The notes under the pieces: model-generated
Seen by the model: only the letters and a program-made list of their open reading frames with translations
The model's database searches: none
What the model was told of the DNA's origin: nothing
Part shown: positions 21,201 through 31,593 of the stretch, in pieces
Layout: each line of letters begins with the position of its first letter
Numbering within the stretch: the stretch's first letter is position 1
Program-made: the position numbers and the translations under genes
Assembly: GCA_045613285.1 (NCBI GenBank)
Contig: JAZLAQ010000017.1
Span: 8,264 to 72,263 of the forward strand
DNA: 64,000 nucleotides
Source of the DNA: Alphaproteobacteria bacterium
Lineage (GTDB): Bacteria > Pseudomonadota > Alphaproteobacteria > CAAHEQ01 > UBA3637
Reading direction: 5' to 3'

Positions 21201-22574
21201 ATGAGTCCCCTCAGAAATAAAAGAGACTTAATTTCTTGTTATATAGATTATCCGGAAAAACCACAAGACATTAAAATTTCTTTTGAGGTTGATCCGGAAG
21301 AAGGCATTATTTTGAAAAAATACAAGATTCCGAATGTTGAGGAATTTTCAAAACTTGCTTCTCCTTTTTTAAAACATTTTGTAAGTATTCCGGATTTTTT
21401 CTCTCGTATGAAGGACATTATTGAAACAACGGTCAAATTACGATTGTTTGCCGAATATATGCAATTCAATGTGCAGGAACAAAAACAATTCATTTTTCAA
21501 AATGTCCAACAAAAAATTCAAAAAATGCCTTTTCGGGTTGTTATGCCGGATGCCATGAATAAAAAAGATCGCCTAAGATATAAAAATTTAAGGTTAAAAT
21601 CGGAACTGAAAAAAAATCAGCTTTCCAACTACTCGATGGGTGAAATGGCTGTTCTTTTTGATTTTGATACAAAAGCAAGAGATTTTTTTGCGATTATCAA
21701 AAATTATCCTATTGCATTAAAAGCATCATTAAATAACGACAAAAAAATGAAAAATGCACTGTATAAGGATAGTCAGCTTTTTTCTGATTTAGTGCATATA
21801 TTATTTTTTATTGCTGACTATTGCGATAAAAATCAGGATAATTTTACACAAAAAAATTGGAATGATTTTTTATTTCAAGCAGAATATGATTATATGTTAT
21901 CATATGCTCAGGAAAACGTGGTAAATCCCTCAATGATGTATTTGGTCGATAATGTCAGACGCTTTTTGCATGAGGCTCTGATTGAAGAACATGGTTTAAA
22001 AATTGCCCCTACAAAAGCAGAGGCATCCTTTATGTTAAAGAAAGATAAAACGAAAATTTATAAGTTGGCCGAAAAATATGGATATATTGAAAATGTTGAA
22101 GCGTTTTTATTGAGTGAAAAGATACGTAATAAAATTGCTCATCCGGATGAACATATACAGGATATCTCTCGAAAAGCACTTGAAATATCAAATTTATATA
22201 CCAATTTTGTATTTCGTTTTATTGATGAAAATTTTATCACTGATTATTATGCTAAAACACCGGTTTCGATCCCTTTGGAAGAAGTAAATGCGCAATATCA
22301 AGCCTATCAAAAGCTAAGACATGCAGAAATTATCTCAGATGAATTGGATCTTTTATTACCCGAGGATATAAAGCATAAAAACAGACAAAAAAAGCTCTCT
22401 TTTCTTAATAAAAAAGGGATCCTTAATTCTCGTGAAACGGCGGAAATAGAAGAATTACTGCTGAATCGAAATGCAGTAGCGCATGGTCAAAGGATTGTGT
22501 GTCAGGCTAGGGGACAATCGATACCAGATTTTTTTGCTATACGACACGCATTGGTTCACAGACAACATTCATAA
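21201..22574 (+). CDS. Orphan protein with multiple R-x4-H (HEPN-type) motifs; putative RNase or toxin
   Basis: 457 aa. The motifs are EKIRNKIAHP (R309/H314), LLNRNAVAHGQ (R423/H428) and a third, IRHALVHR, near the C-terminus. The N-terminal 300 aa match no family I recognise. Confidence 0.55.
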   Translation: MSPLRNKRDLISCYIDYPEKPQDIKISFEVDPEEGIILKKYKIPNVEEFSKLASPFLKHFVSIPDFFSRMKDIIETTVKLRLFAEYMQFNVQEQKQFIFQNVQQKIQKMPFRVVMPDAMNKKDRLRYKNLRLKSELKKNQLSNYSMGEMAVLFDFDTKARDFFAIIKNYPIALKASLNNDKKMKNALYKDSQLFSDLVHILFFIADYCDKNQDNFTQKNWNDFLFQAEYDYMLSYAQENVVNPSMMYLVDNVRRFLHEALIEEHGLKIAPTKAEASFMLKKDKTKIYKLAEKYGYIENVEAFLLSEKIRNKIAHPDEHIQDISRKALEISNLYTNFVFRFIDENFITDYYAKTPVSIPLEEVNAQYQAYQKLRHAEIISDELDLLLPEDIKHKNRQKKLSFLNKKGILNSRETAEIEELLLNRNAVAHGQRIVCQARGQSIPDFFAIRHALVHRQHS

Positions 22575-22710
22575 AGCTGTTTTATAAAAATAATTTTGAA
22601 TTTTATAACGCATATTACTTCGGCGTTTTCTCTGCTAAGAAACGTATTCCTCTGTTTTGAGGTACTGAGAATAGGGGAACGTTCTTCTCCTTATGAGGGG
22701 ATAGATAATA

Positions 22711-23070
22711 CTATCGTTCCAAAAATTCCTTTTGTCGTTTTAACCAAGCCTGATATTGATTCCAATCTTCTTGAATTTCATTGCGCAGATCGGGATTTTC
22801 TTTGGCAAAAGTGTAGACTGCCTGAGATACAATTTTGGAATCATCTTGATGTTTTGGACCATCCCATGGCAGAAACTGGACGTCTGTCTGACCAGAACTT
22901 GGGTTATAATAAACGCTACCGATTGAAACGGCATCTTCAAAGGCGATGTTATTATTTCTTAAATAATCCCGATGGGAACATTCACGATTTTTGGAATCCC
23001 GATATTGACTTTTTGTCCAGATAGCAACTTCAGGTGTTGAGTTTTCTTTTTGAATAACGACATAACGCAT
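22711..23070 (-). CDS. Hypothetical protein (119 aa)
   Basis: A strong AGGAGG RBS lies 7 nt before the ATG at 23070. Preferred over the overlapping plus-strand ORF 22596-23024. Confidence 0.55.
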   Translation of the reverse strand: MRYVVIQKENSTPEVAIWTKSQYRDSKNRECSHRDYLRNNNIAFEDAVSIGSVYYNPSSGQTDVQFLPWDGPKHQDDSKIVSQAVYTFAKENPDLRNEIQEDWNQYQAWLKRQKEFLER

Positions 23071-23222
23071 GAAAAACCTCCTTTAAAAATGCAATTTATG
23101 ATACCACAATATCTTAAACTTGTCAAGTTTGTCTGATAGAAGATGCTCAAAAGTTGCCTATACAGATGACTTTTTAGATTTAGCAAGGGAAGATGTTAAA
23201 AAAAGCCAGTATTTTTTAGAAA

Positions 23223-23999
23223 TTACCGTTGTTTTTGGATAACATAACGAAAAAATGAAGCATTGTCTTTTCTTATCTGGCTGAATTCTGAATCTGAAAG
23301 TTGTTTACGACTTTCCCTGACACGTTCAATCATTTCTTTTCGTCTTATTCCATATTCGTTATCTGTATAGGATACATGCAAACGTGGGCGGCCTAATAAT
23401 TTTTCAAGCCAATTTTGTTTTTGTTTTATCTTGACGATTTTACCATCTTTATGGATCTCTTGTTGAGATAAATTCCCATTATAGTCGTATGTAGAACGCG
23501 TGCAGTTTTCACCAAATAAAATCTGATACTTTCCTAATATATAACGGGGATAATGATGTGATAGTCTTCCTTTAAAACACACGCTGGGAAAATCAATATC
23601 ATTTTCAGAATTTGCACGATAAATACTTCTTTCTAATAATTCATCAAATTCATTGGAAATTTCTTCACGGATATAATCGGACTTTTTTACGTAATTAAAT
23701 ATAAACTTAGGAGTTTTATTTGAATCATAAAAAATTCTACATAATGCATTACCATTGAATCTGACTTCTTCGACTAATTGTTCTTTTATTTTGGAAGTGG
23801 TAACAAATTTTTTATATCCACTTGAGGTTTCCTGAAAGCGGAAAATACCTTTATTGAAATAATGATATCCCGATTTATCGGATTCTAATTTAATATATTT
23901 GTATTCTTCTTGATTATTTTTGGGGTAATCTGCCTGAAATGTAATTTTTAAATCAGGATTTAATCGCATAAAAAGATCAATAAATTTACTATTACTCAT
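23223..23999 (-). CDS. Hypothetical protein (258 aa from MSNSKF...)
   Basis: AGGAG RBS before the internal ATG at 23999. No family recognised. Confidence 0.5.
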   Translation of the reverse strand: MSNSKFIDLFMRLNPDLKITFQADYPKNNQEEYKYIKLESDKSGYHYFNKGIFRFQETSSGYKKFVTTSKIKEQLVEEVRFNGNALCRIFYDSNKTPKFIFNYVKKSDYIREEISNEFDELLERSIYRANSENDIDFPSVCFKGRLSHHYPRYILGKYQILFGENCTRSTYDYNGNLSQQEIHKDGKIVKIKQKQNWLEKLLGRPRLHVSYTDNEYGIRRKEMIERVRESRKQLSDSEFSQIRKDNASFFRYVIQKQR

Positions 24000-24218
24000 G
24001 TTGGCTCCTATGTCACCAATTATAATAGATAAGTGAATATTTGTCAAGTTTTATTTAAAAAATATATAAAATAGAGTGTGATAGAGAGTTTTTTATTTAA
24101 TTTTTTTTCATTTTTTAATACAAAAATGTATAAAATAATCGTTTTTATATATTTGCTTAGCGAGATTATAAATTGGTCTGAGTGTAAAATAAAAAACACC
24201 CTGAATGGGTGTTTTTAA

Positions 24219-24295
24219 TGGCGCGCTTGGCGAGATTCGAACTCACGACCCTTGCCTTCGGAGGGCAATACTCTATCCAGCTGAGCTACAAGCGC
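24219..24295 (-). tRNA. trnR: tRNA-Arg (anticodon CCG)
   Basis: Reverse complement GCGCTTGTAGCTCAGCTGGATAGAG...CTCCGAA...GGTTCGAATCTCGCCAAGCGCGCCA, 77 nt. The downstream hairpin acaccc/gggtgt acts as a terminator. Confidence 0.93.
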
Positions 24296-24404
24296 AATGA
24301 ATATGAAAACCTTTATACACCTTTTTATTTAAAAAATCAAGTTTTTTTTATCAACTTGACTTTTTATTTTCATTCTGGTATTCTATTCTTAAAGGGAAAA
24401 ACAA

Positions 24405-25082
24405 ATGCAATTTAATACAAGACCATTAAAAACGCACTTAAAAAAAGATAGAAAACGTTCGGCCAGTTCTACAAAATGGTTGCAACGACAAATCAATGAT
24501 CCTTATGTATCCGAGGCTAAACGACAAGGTTATCGGGGAAGGGCGGCTTTTAAAATTATCCAACTGAACGATCAATTCCATTTTTTTAAGCCCGGTAAAA
24601 GGGTAGTGGATTTAGGATGTGCCCCAGGGGGATGGTCTCAGGTTGCTGTTAAAATGGTTAAATCAACGCCTGAGAATCCTTTGGTTGTTGGGATGGATTT
24701 ATTACCGGCTGATCCGATTGCAGGGGCAAAACTGGTTCAAATGGACTTTACTGCAGATGAGGCCCCTGATAAATTAAAAGAAATGTTGGGGGGGAATCGG
24801 GCTGATATTGTAATGTCTGATATGGCTGCTAACACAACCGGAATTCATAATATTGATCATTTGCGTATCATGGGTTTGCTGGAAATGGCTTATGATTTTG
24901 CTGTTCAGATTTTGGCACCAGGTGGTGTTTTTATTGCCAAGATTTTTCAAGGTGGAACGGAACACGAATTTTTAGCCCGTATGAAACGGGACTTTGCCGT
25001 TGTCAAGCATGCTAAACCGGATGCAAGTCGTAAGGATTCGTCTGAATTTTATGTGATTGCTACAGGTTTTAAAGGAAAATAG
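24405..25082 (+). CDS. rlmE: 23S rRNA (uridine2552-2'-O)-methyltransferase RlmE/FtsJ
   Basis: WLQRQINDPYV, RGRAAFK, DLGCAPGGWSQV and VMSDMAAN are the FtsJ family motifs. Confidence 0.92.
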   Translation: MQFNTRPLKTHLKKDRKRSASSTKWLQRQINDPYVSEAKRQGYRGRAAFKIIQLNDQFHFFKPGKRVVDLGCAPGGWSQVAVKMVKSTPENPLVVGMDLLPADPIAGAKLVQMDFTADEAPDKLKEMLGGNRADIVMSDMAANTTGIHNIDHLRIMGLLEMAYDFAVQILAPGGVFIAKIFQGGTEHEFLARMKRDFAVVKHAKPDASRKDSSEFYVIATGFKGK

Positions 25083-26156
25083 ATGAAACCAGAATCTTTA
25101 AAGACAGCCGTTATTGAATTGCTGACGGAAATTTATCAAACAACCCGTCCGGCTAGTGAAGTTATTAATGCTTATACACGAAATCGGCGCTATATAGGTT
25201 CAAAAGATAGGCGGTTTTTAACCGAAACCGTTTGGCATTATATTCGTCATAATAGACGGTTGGCATATGCTTATCCTGATATGGATATTGTAGAACGCTT
25301 GGAAAAATTACCTGCGTTACCTGAAGTAATCACAGATGCCCCACCAGCGGTTAATTATGAGATTCCCGACTGGTTATTGAATAAAATTCCAAATGCGGAT
25401 AAGGAGTTATCGGCATTATTGGAAGTGGCTGATACAATTTTAAGGGTTAATGGTAATCGTGATACAGTCCAAAAGATGCTGTCCGAAACAGGTATTGAAA
25501 CCGAAAAAACAACTTTATCCCCCTATGGACTCAGATTAAAAAAGCGAATGAATTTAAATGCACATCCTTTGTATAAGCAGGGGATGATAGAAATTCAGGA
25601 TGAAGGGTCTCAATGCGTAGCCTTAGAAACCGGTATTCAATCCGGTGATACCGTTTTGGATTATTGTGCCGGTGCTGGTGGTAAAAGCCTGATTTTTGCA
25701 CAAATGATGCATGATAAAGGTAAAATAACGGCATTTGATGTATCTGAACGGAGCCTGATGGAACTTCAAAAACGGGCTAATCGGGCAAATGTTCATTGTA
25801 TAGAAGTACAAAAGTCTTTAAAACCGGCTTTGTATGATCATGTCGTCGTAGATGCTCCTTGCTCGGGTACAGGGACATGGCGGAGATGTCCGGATGCCAG
25901 ATTTAAATTGACACAGGAACAACTGAACAGACTTGTGAAAATTCAATCTGAAATTTTAGATACGGTCATTCCTTTTGTTAAGCCATTTGGGAAACTTTCC
26001 TATATGACTTGTTCTCTAACTGAAATTGAAAATAGCGGACAGGTTCAGTCTTTTTTAAACAGACATCCTGATTTCAAATGCATTAAGAAAAAACAATATT
26101 CACCCCACCAAACGAAAACGGATGGTTTGTTTGTTGCGGTTTTGCAACGTGAATAA
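25083..26156 (+). CDS. RsmB/NOP2/Sun-family RNA (cytosine-C5) methyltransferase
   Basis: DYCAGAGGKS SAM-binding motif, DAPCSGTGTWRRCPD and TCSL catalytic Cys motifs. Confidence 0.85.
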   Translation: MKPESLKTAVIELLTEIYQTTRPASEVINAYTRNRRYIGSKDRRFLTETVWHYIRHNRRLAYAYPDMDIVERLEKLPALPEVITDAPPAVNYEIPDWLLNKIPNADKELSALLEVADTILRVNGNRDTVQKMLSETGIETEKTTLSPYGLRLKKRMNLNAHPLYKQGMIEIQDEGSQCVALETGIQSGDTVLDYCAGAGGKSLIFAQMMHDKGKITAFDVSERSLMELQKRANRANVHCIEVQKSLKPALYDHVVVDAPCSGTGTWRRCPDARFKLTQEQLNRLVKIQSEILDTVIPFVKPFGKLSYMTCSLTEIENSGQVQSFLNRHPDFKCIKKKQYSPHQTKTDGLFVAVLQRE

Positions 26157-26302
26157 AAAAATAGTTTTTTGTATTTATTTGTAATTTTCTTGACATTAAA
26201 ATAAAAACATGGCATACTTGTTCTCAGTTTCATCAGGTGATGAGATGATGTGGATTTAAACCGACTTGTCCCACTAAAGAGGACTAAACAGGAGAAAATA
26301 AA

Positions 26303-27331
26303 ATGCAAAGAACTGCAGAAGCGGTGTCTGTTGGCCATCCGGATAAAACAGCCGATTATATTTCAAGTTATATTTTAGACAGATTGATTGAACAAGATTC
26401 AAATGTGCGGTATGCCGTTGAAGTAATGTTAAAGGACAATACAGTTGTCCTTGGTGGTGAAATAACTGGACGGTTTGATTCTTTTAAACCGGAAAATTTT
26501 GTAAAACAGGCTTTGTGTGAAATCGGATATGATGAACGATATGCTGATATTTGGGGAAATAAAGCCATTGATGTTAATCAAATAAAAGTCATCAATCTTG
26601 TTGGGAAACAATCCTCTGAAATCGGACAGGGAATTTTACAAAACGGTTGGGGAGACCAAGGCGTATTTGTTGGATATGCCTGTCAGGGGAAAGGATTGAT
26701 AAATTCGGAATTATATTTAGCTAGAAAACTTAATTTTGCTTTATATCAAAAAGCACGTCAAAGTCAGAATTTGGGGTTGGATATCAAAACACAGATTACG
26801 TTGGCTGAAGATGGTCATATTGAAACAGCCATTGTTGCGATCCCGATGCTGAAATCAGAAGATTTGACGTCATTTATTTATCAAACACTCGGGCAAAAGC
26901 CTAAAAATATTATTGTTAATGGGACTGGGATTTATCAGATGCATTCCAGTATCGCAGATTGTGGTATTACCGGTCGGAAATTAGCGTGTGATTTTTATTC
27001 AACAGCTTCTCCAATCGGGGGGGGATGTCCTTGGACAAAGGATGGCAGTAAGGCCGATTTAACTTTGAATTTGCTTGCTCGCCAATTGGCTGTTGAAAAT
27101 CTGTCGCTTAATGACGAATGTTTTGTTTATCTCTCGTCATGTATTGGTCGTAGTGAATTGATGGGGTGTTGTGTTAAAACAGTATTGGATGGTAAAATAA
27201 CAACTAAAAATATGGTATGTCAATATGATCCTCGACAACTGATAAAGTTATTTAGTCTAGATAAACCTATCTATACAAAATTATGTTTGAATGGTATAAC
27301 ACAAACTATTCTAACAATGAATACTATTTGA
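26303..27331 (+). CDS. metK: Divergent, short S-adenosylmethionine synthetase-like protein
   Basis: It retains GHPDKTADYIS, GWGDQG, DIKTQI, GITGRK and GGGCPWTKDGSKADLT blocks. It is 342 aa, and several canonical MetK blocks are altered. Confidence 0.6.
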   Translation: MQRTAEAVSVGHPDKTADYISSYILDRLIEQDSNVRYAVEVMLKDNTVVLGGEITGRFDSFKPENFVKQALCEIGYDERYADIWGNKAIDVNQIKVINLVGKQSSEIGQGILQNGWGDQGVFVGYACQGKGLINSELYLARKLNFALYQKARQSQNLGLDIKTQITLAEDGHIETAIVAIPMLKSEDLTSFIYQTLGQKPKNIIVNGTGIYQMHSSIADCGITGRKLACDFYSTASPIGGGCPWTKDGSKADLTLNLLARQLAVENLSLNDECFVYLSSCIGRSELMGCCVKTVLDGKITTKNMVCQYDPRQLIKLFSLDKPIYTKLCLNGITQTILTMNTI

Positions 27332-27424
27332 TCTTGTTAAGCCCTGTTTTTTTAACAGGGCTTGAAAAAACTTGACCTTTATATTTTTTTATGCTCTATT
27401 ATAAAAAACATAAAGGAGATAAAA

Positions 27425-28291
27425 ATGAGTCAAAAAAATCAAATTGAAATTTGTTTGGCAACGGATAATCGAGGATGTGTTTGGGTTGCTCCATTATTGG
27501 TATCTGTTTTAAAAAATACAAAATCTGATGTACAATTTTATATCTTAGAAAGTGATTTAACTCAGGAAAATAAAGAGAAACTGAAAGCGTCAATTCAAAG
27601 GTATCCTAAGGGAGATATTCAATTTATTTCAGTGACTGAAACATTTGATTTTTATAAAGATAGTCCTTGGCCAAAACAGACTTTGTATAGATTGATGATA
27701 CCTGGTCTTTTCCCAAATTTAAATAAAATGATTTATTTGGATATTGATACGGTGGTTTATCGGGATATTCAGGAATTGTGGGACATTGATCTGGCAAGCA
27801 ATTATTTGGCAGGTGTTTGGGGATTGGATAAATATGGACACATTTTTCAGGATGGTGATATGTATATTGAATTACAGGAGTATTTTAATGCCGGTGTTTT
27901 ACTGATGAATTTAAATCAGATGAGAAAAGATTCTGTTTCTGAAAAAATGCTTCAATTCGCATCAAAACATTTTTCAGTGATAACGGCGGCGGATCAAGAT
28001 TTATTGAATATTGCTTGTGTCGGTAAAATTAAACCCATCAGCACGACATGGAATTGGTATATTTCTTTGGGAAGAAAATCAACTAGAAAATTGAAAAAAC
28101 TTTTTGGTGCGTATTGGACACCGATTCCTTCGGTTATTCATTATTATTCGGCATTTAAACCAAATCGTATTTTTATATATCCGTTACATCCTATAGCTAC
28201 GGTTAAAAATTATTTGAGACAACGATATTTCTTTCAGTGTTTAAAAGAAACACCGTATGTTTGCAAAAAAGAAATTTGTGTCAAGTGGTAA
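27425..28291 (+). CDS. Glycosyltransferase family 8 (LPS/glycan alpha-glycosyltransferase-like)
   Basis: ATDN..., YLDIDTVV (DxD) and FNAGVLLMNL motifs. Start at MSQKNQ has an AAGGAG RBS. Confidence 0.8.
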   Translation: MSQKNQIEICLATDNRGCVWVAPLLVSVLKNTKSDVQFYILESDLTQENKEKLKASIQRYPKGDIQFISVTETFDFYKDSPWPKQTLYRLMIPGLFPNLNKMIYLDIDTVVYRDIQELWDIDLASNYLAGVWGLDKYGHIFQDGDMYIELQEYFNAGVLLMNLNQMRKDSVSEKMLQFASKHFSVITAADQDLLNIACVGKIKPISTTWNWYISLGRKSTRKLKKLFGAYWTPIPSVIHYYSAFKPNRIFIYPLHPIATVKNYLRQRYFFQCLKETPYVCKKEICVKW

Positions 28292-29263
28292 CTAAAATTC
28301 AGATCTATTGGGGCGCATAAATAACTTTTCAATTTGCTCTTTTGGATCTTTGTTATTGTAGATAACCTCATACAATACTTCACATATTGGCATTTCTACA
28401 ATATGGCGTAGAGAATAAACGGCATTTAAGGTGGGAACACCTTCTGCTAATTTGCCAAAACGAGGACCTTTTACCAAACTTTCTCCATATGCCCGGTTGT
28501 GACTATGTGGGGAAAATAAAGTAGCTTCATAATCTCCTAAATGAGCCAAACCGTAAGCCGATTGAGTATTGCCACCAAAATGTTGGATTAAACGTCCAAC
28601 CTCAACCGGTGCCCTTGCCATTAAAGCCCCTTTTAAACCGGCCCAATTCAAACCGTCCAAAATGCCTGCGGCCAAACCGATGACATTTTTTAATGCTCCG
28701 CCAACTTCATTTCCGATTAAATCATTACCGTAATAAACACGTATCAGATGACTATTCATAAAATCAGACACTTCACATTTGGAAGTTTCATCAGATGAAT
28801 CAATGACAACACAACTGGGAATTTCTTGTAGGTAATCTTGAACATGTCCCGGTCCCAATAAAACGCTGGCAGTTACGTCTTCCTGTCTAATTTCTTCATG
28901 AAAGATCTGTGTCATGCGTTTACCGGTTCCTTCTTCCAAACCTTTCATTGCCAATAAGAATCTTTTCCCTTTTAAATTATATTGATTAAGCTGTCTACAT
29001 AAACCACGAAAAGCCTGACAACCGATAGAAATAATGACAAATTGATTTTTTAAAGCCAGTTCAATATCCGTTGTATATGAAACATTATCAGGCATGGTAA
29101 CATAGCCGTTGTTCCCTGTTTTGATAAGGGATTGATAGGCAGGATCAATTTCTAATCCATACATCAGAACATGACTTTTTTTATATTTTGCGACATAATA
29201 GCCTAAAAAACCACCCCAACGACCACAGCCGATAACAGAAACCTGCGAAAAATCAATAGACAT
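28292..29263 (-). CDS. gpsA: NAD(P)H-dependent glycerol-3-phosphate dehydrogenase-like (divergent GpsA)
   Basis: N-terminal GCGRWGG Rossmann motif, GPGHVQDY, and GGALKNVIGLAAGILDGL, which matches the GpsA core block. Confidence 0.6.
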   Translation of the reverse strand: MSIDFSQVSVIGCGRWGGFLGYYVAKYKKSHVLMYGLEIDPAYQSLIKTGNNGYVTMPDNVSYTTDIELALKNQFVIISIGCQAFRGLCRQLNQYNLKGKRFLLAMKGLEEGTGKRMTQIFHEEIRQEDVTASVLLGPGHVQDYLQEIPSCVVIDSSDETSKCEVSDFMNSHLIRVYYGNDLIGNEVGGALKNVIGLAAGILDGLNWAGLKGALMARAPVEVGRLIQHFGGNTQSAYGLAHLGDYEATLFSPHSHNRAYGESLVKGPRFGKLAEGVPTLNAVYSLRHIVEMPICEVLYEVIYNNKDPKEQIEKLFMRPNRSEF

Positions 29264-29275
29264 TTCTAACTCCTT

Positions 29276-31510
29276 TTATTGTCCGAATTTATTGCTACGA
29301 GGAAAACCAACCGGTGGGAATTTTCCGACGCTTGCCCGTTTAGAAAGCCATAATCCGATGTTTCTTTCCACATGAATACCGTTTCCGGATGGGAAAGGAA
29401 GACCTTCTTCTAGATTAAAGAAACGGACATCCGATAAAGTTGCATCTGTATATTTTTGAAGGATAACACCACTTCCACGTGTCATTACCGGAATTTCGTC
29501 TGATTTAAAAACGATCATTTTTCGGTTTGTTCCAATGACAGAAATATGGTCACCATTTGCCGGTTTACACAGATAAGCCTTGTCCCCTGAGGCAATATTT
29601 AAAATAATTTTACCTGTTCGGGTTTGAGCAATAATATCTTTACTTTCAACGATGAATCCTTTTCCTTTTCTGGTCGCAACTAATAGCTTTTCATCCGGTT
29701 TGTAGACAAACAAGGAGATAATATCGTCGTTTTCAGGTAAATCCATTGACAAACGTAACGGTTCTCCAAAGCCACGTCCGCCGACGATTTTATCACCCAA
29801 TAAAGTATAAAAACGTCCGTTTGTGGCAAAGAAAATTAAATTATCCGTTGTATAGGCTTTGATTGATAACTTTAAATCATCGCCTTCTTTGAATTTCGTT
29901 TCGTTGGCATCTACGTGACCTTTTAAAGCCCGTATCCATCCTTTTTTGGATAAAACAACGGTTATCGGTTCTTTTTCAATCAGGGCTTCTATCGGCATTT
30001 CTGTGACAGGTAGAGCCTCGGTTACGGTTGTTCTACGGGCACCTAAAACGGTTTTGGGACCGAATAGTTTTTTAATTTCTGAAATTTCAGAACTAATTCG
30101 TTTAAACCTTTCTGTTTCATCGCCTAACAGAACTTCCAAAGATGCTTTTTCAAGGGCCAAATTTTCAAATTCCCGTTTTAATGCTTCTTCTTCTAATCGT
30201 TTTAAAGAACGTAAACGCATATTTAAAACGGCTTCTGTCTGAATATCAGATAAAGAAAATTCCCGCATTAAAATCGGTTTGGGTTCATCTTCTGTTCGGA
30301 TAATTTCAATAACTCGATCCAGGTTTAAGTAAGCAATCAAGAAACCTTGCAATAGTTCCATCCGATGGGCAATCTTATCCAAACGATAATTTGCACGACG
30401 GATTAAAACAATTTCCCGATGTTTTAGAAAAGCAGACAGAACTTCTTTAATGTTCATAACCCGTGGTGTGTGATCAGCATCCAGTACATTCATATTCAGA
30501 TTAAAGTTGACTTGTAAATCAGTGCTTTTATATAAATGTTCCATCAGCTGTTCTGCCGGCACAGTGCGAGATTTTGGTTCCAGTACAATCCGGACGATAT
30601 CGGTGGATTCATCACGAATATCCGTTAGGAAAGGCAACTTTTTTTCTGCCAATAATTTGGCAATTTTCATGATTAAATCTGATTTTTGAACGCCATAAGG
30701 AATTTCTGTAATGACAATCTGATATTGTCCATGCGTCAAGTCTTCTTTTTCCCAGCGAGCCCGTACCTTCATTGCACCGCGACCGGTTGTGTATGCTTTT
30801 ATGATATTTTCACGGCTTTCTGCTAAAATACCACCGGTTGGGAAGTCTGGCCCCTGAATATAATCCAACATTTTGGTAACTTCGCAATCCGGATGTTTTA
30901 TCAGGTACTGCAAGGCATCACAAATTTCCCCAACATTATGAGATGGAATATTTGTTGCCATGCCGACAGCAATCCCTGAAGAACCGTTTGCCAACAGGTT
31001 AGGAAAGGCAGCAGGCATAACGACGGGTTCTTCTTCTTCTCCATCATAAGTTTTATCAAAATCAACAGCATTATCGTCCAATCCGTCCATTAAAGCAATG
31101 GCTGTTTCTGTTAAACGTGCTTCTGTATATCGCATCGCAGCTGCACGATCGCCGTCAATGTTGCCAAAGTTTCCCTGACCGTCCACCAACGGATAACGAA
31201 CCGCAAAATCCTGTGCCAGTCGTACCATCGCATCATAAACCGAAGAATCCCCATGTGGATGGTACTTACCAATCACATCCCCAACAACACGGGCACATTT
31301 TTTAAAGCCGGTTGAAGGGTCCAGTTTTAGTTGCCTCATTGCATATAAAAGTCGACGATGAACAGGTTTTAGACCATCCCGTACATCCGGTAGAGAACGA
31401 GCAACAATAGTTGACATGGCATAGGCCAAGTACCGTTCAGACAAAGCACCGGCAAAGGGAGTTTCTTTGATTGTTTGAGTATTTTCTTCTGTATTCAATT
31501 CTTGTGTCAT
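29276..31510 (-). CDS. parC: DNA topoisomerase IV subunit A (ParC); GyrA is less likely given the length
   Basis: [27 protein letters not shown] and AAMRYTE (catalytic Tyr) motifs. 744 aa from MTQELN (ATG at 31510). The listed 31708 start would run through the divergent rpmI promoter. Confidence 0.75.
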   Translation of the reverse strand: MTQELNTEENTQTIKETPFAGALSERYLAYAMSTIVARSLPDVRDGLKPVHRRLLYAMRQLKLDPSTGFKKCARVVGDVIGKYHPHGDSSVYDAMVRLAQDFAVRYPLVDGQGNFGNIDGDRAAAMRYTEARLTETAIALMDGLDDNAVDFDKTYDGEEEEPVVMPAAFPNLLANGSSGIAVGMATNIPSHNVGEICDALQYLIKHPDCEVTKMLDYIQGPDFPTGGILAESRENIIKAYTTGRGAMKVRARWEKEDLTHGQYQIVITEIPYGVQKSDLIMKIAKLLAEKKLPFLTDIRDESTDIVRIVLEPKSRTVPAEQLMEHLYKSTDLQVNFNLNMNVLDADHTPRVMNIKEVLSAFLKHREIVLIRRANYRLDKIAHRMELLQGFLIAYLNLDRVIEIIRTEDEPKPILMREFSLSDIQTEAVLNMRLRSLKRLEEEALKREFENLALEKASLEVLLGDETERFKRISSEISEIKKLFGPKTVLGARRTTVTEALPVTEMPIEALIEKEPITVVLSKKGWIRALKGHVDANETKFKEGDDLKLSIKAYTTDNLIFFATNGRFYTLLGDKIVGGRGFGEPLRLSMDLPENDDIISLFVYKPDEKLLVATRKGKGFIVESKDIIAQTRTGKIILNIASGDKAYLCKPANGDHISVIGTNRKMIVFKSDEIPVMTRGSGVILQKYTDATLSDVRFFNLEEGLPFPSGNGIHVERNIGLWLSKRASVGKFPPVGFPRSNKFGQ

Positions 31511-31593
31511 AGGATGAATTATACCTAAGGGATACATAAAAAGCAAGATTTTTTTCTGTAAAAATAAAGAAAATGTAAAAAGTAAAAAAAATA

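Noticed and set aside
21201-22574. Possibility that the dual RNxxxH protein is a miniature Cas13-type effector
   Set aside because: At 457 aa it is far smaller than any known Cas13. I found no CRISPR-like repeat-spacer array or cas gene anywhere in the window. It is kept only as a generic HEPN candidate.
22596-23024. Plus-strand 142-aa ORF overlapping the minus-strand 119-aa ORF
   Set aside because: The minus-strand ORF has a strong AGGAGG RBS and a more protein-like composition. The plus-strand ORF has no RBS and starts inside the terminator region of the HEPN-motif gene.
26219-26302. SAM riboswitch upstream of the metK-like gene
   Set aside because: I could not recognise the SAM-I, SAM-II/V or SAM/SAH consensus by eye. 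Only a short hairpin (gtcc...ggac) lies near the RBS. A covariance-model scan is needed, so it is not called as a feature.
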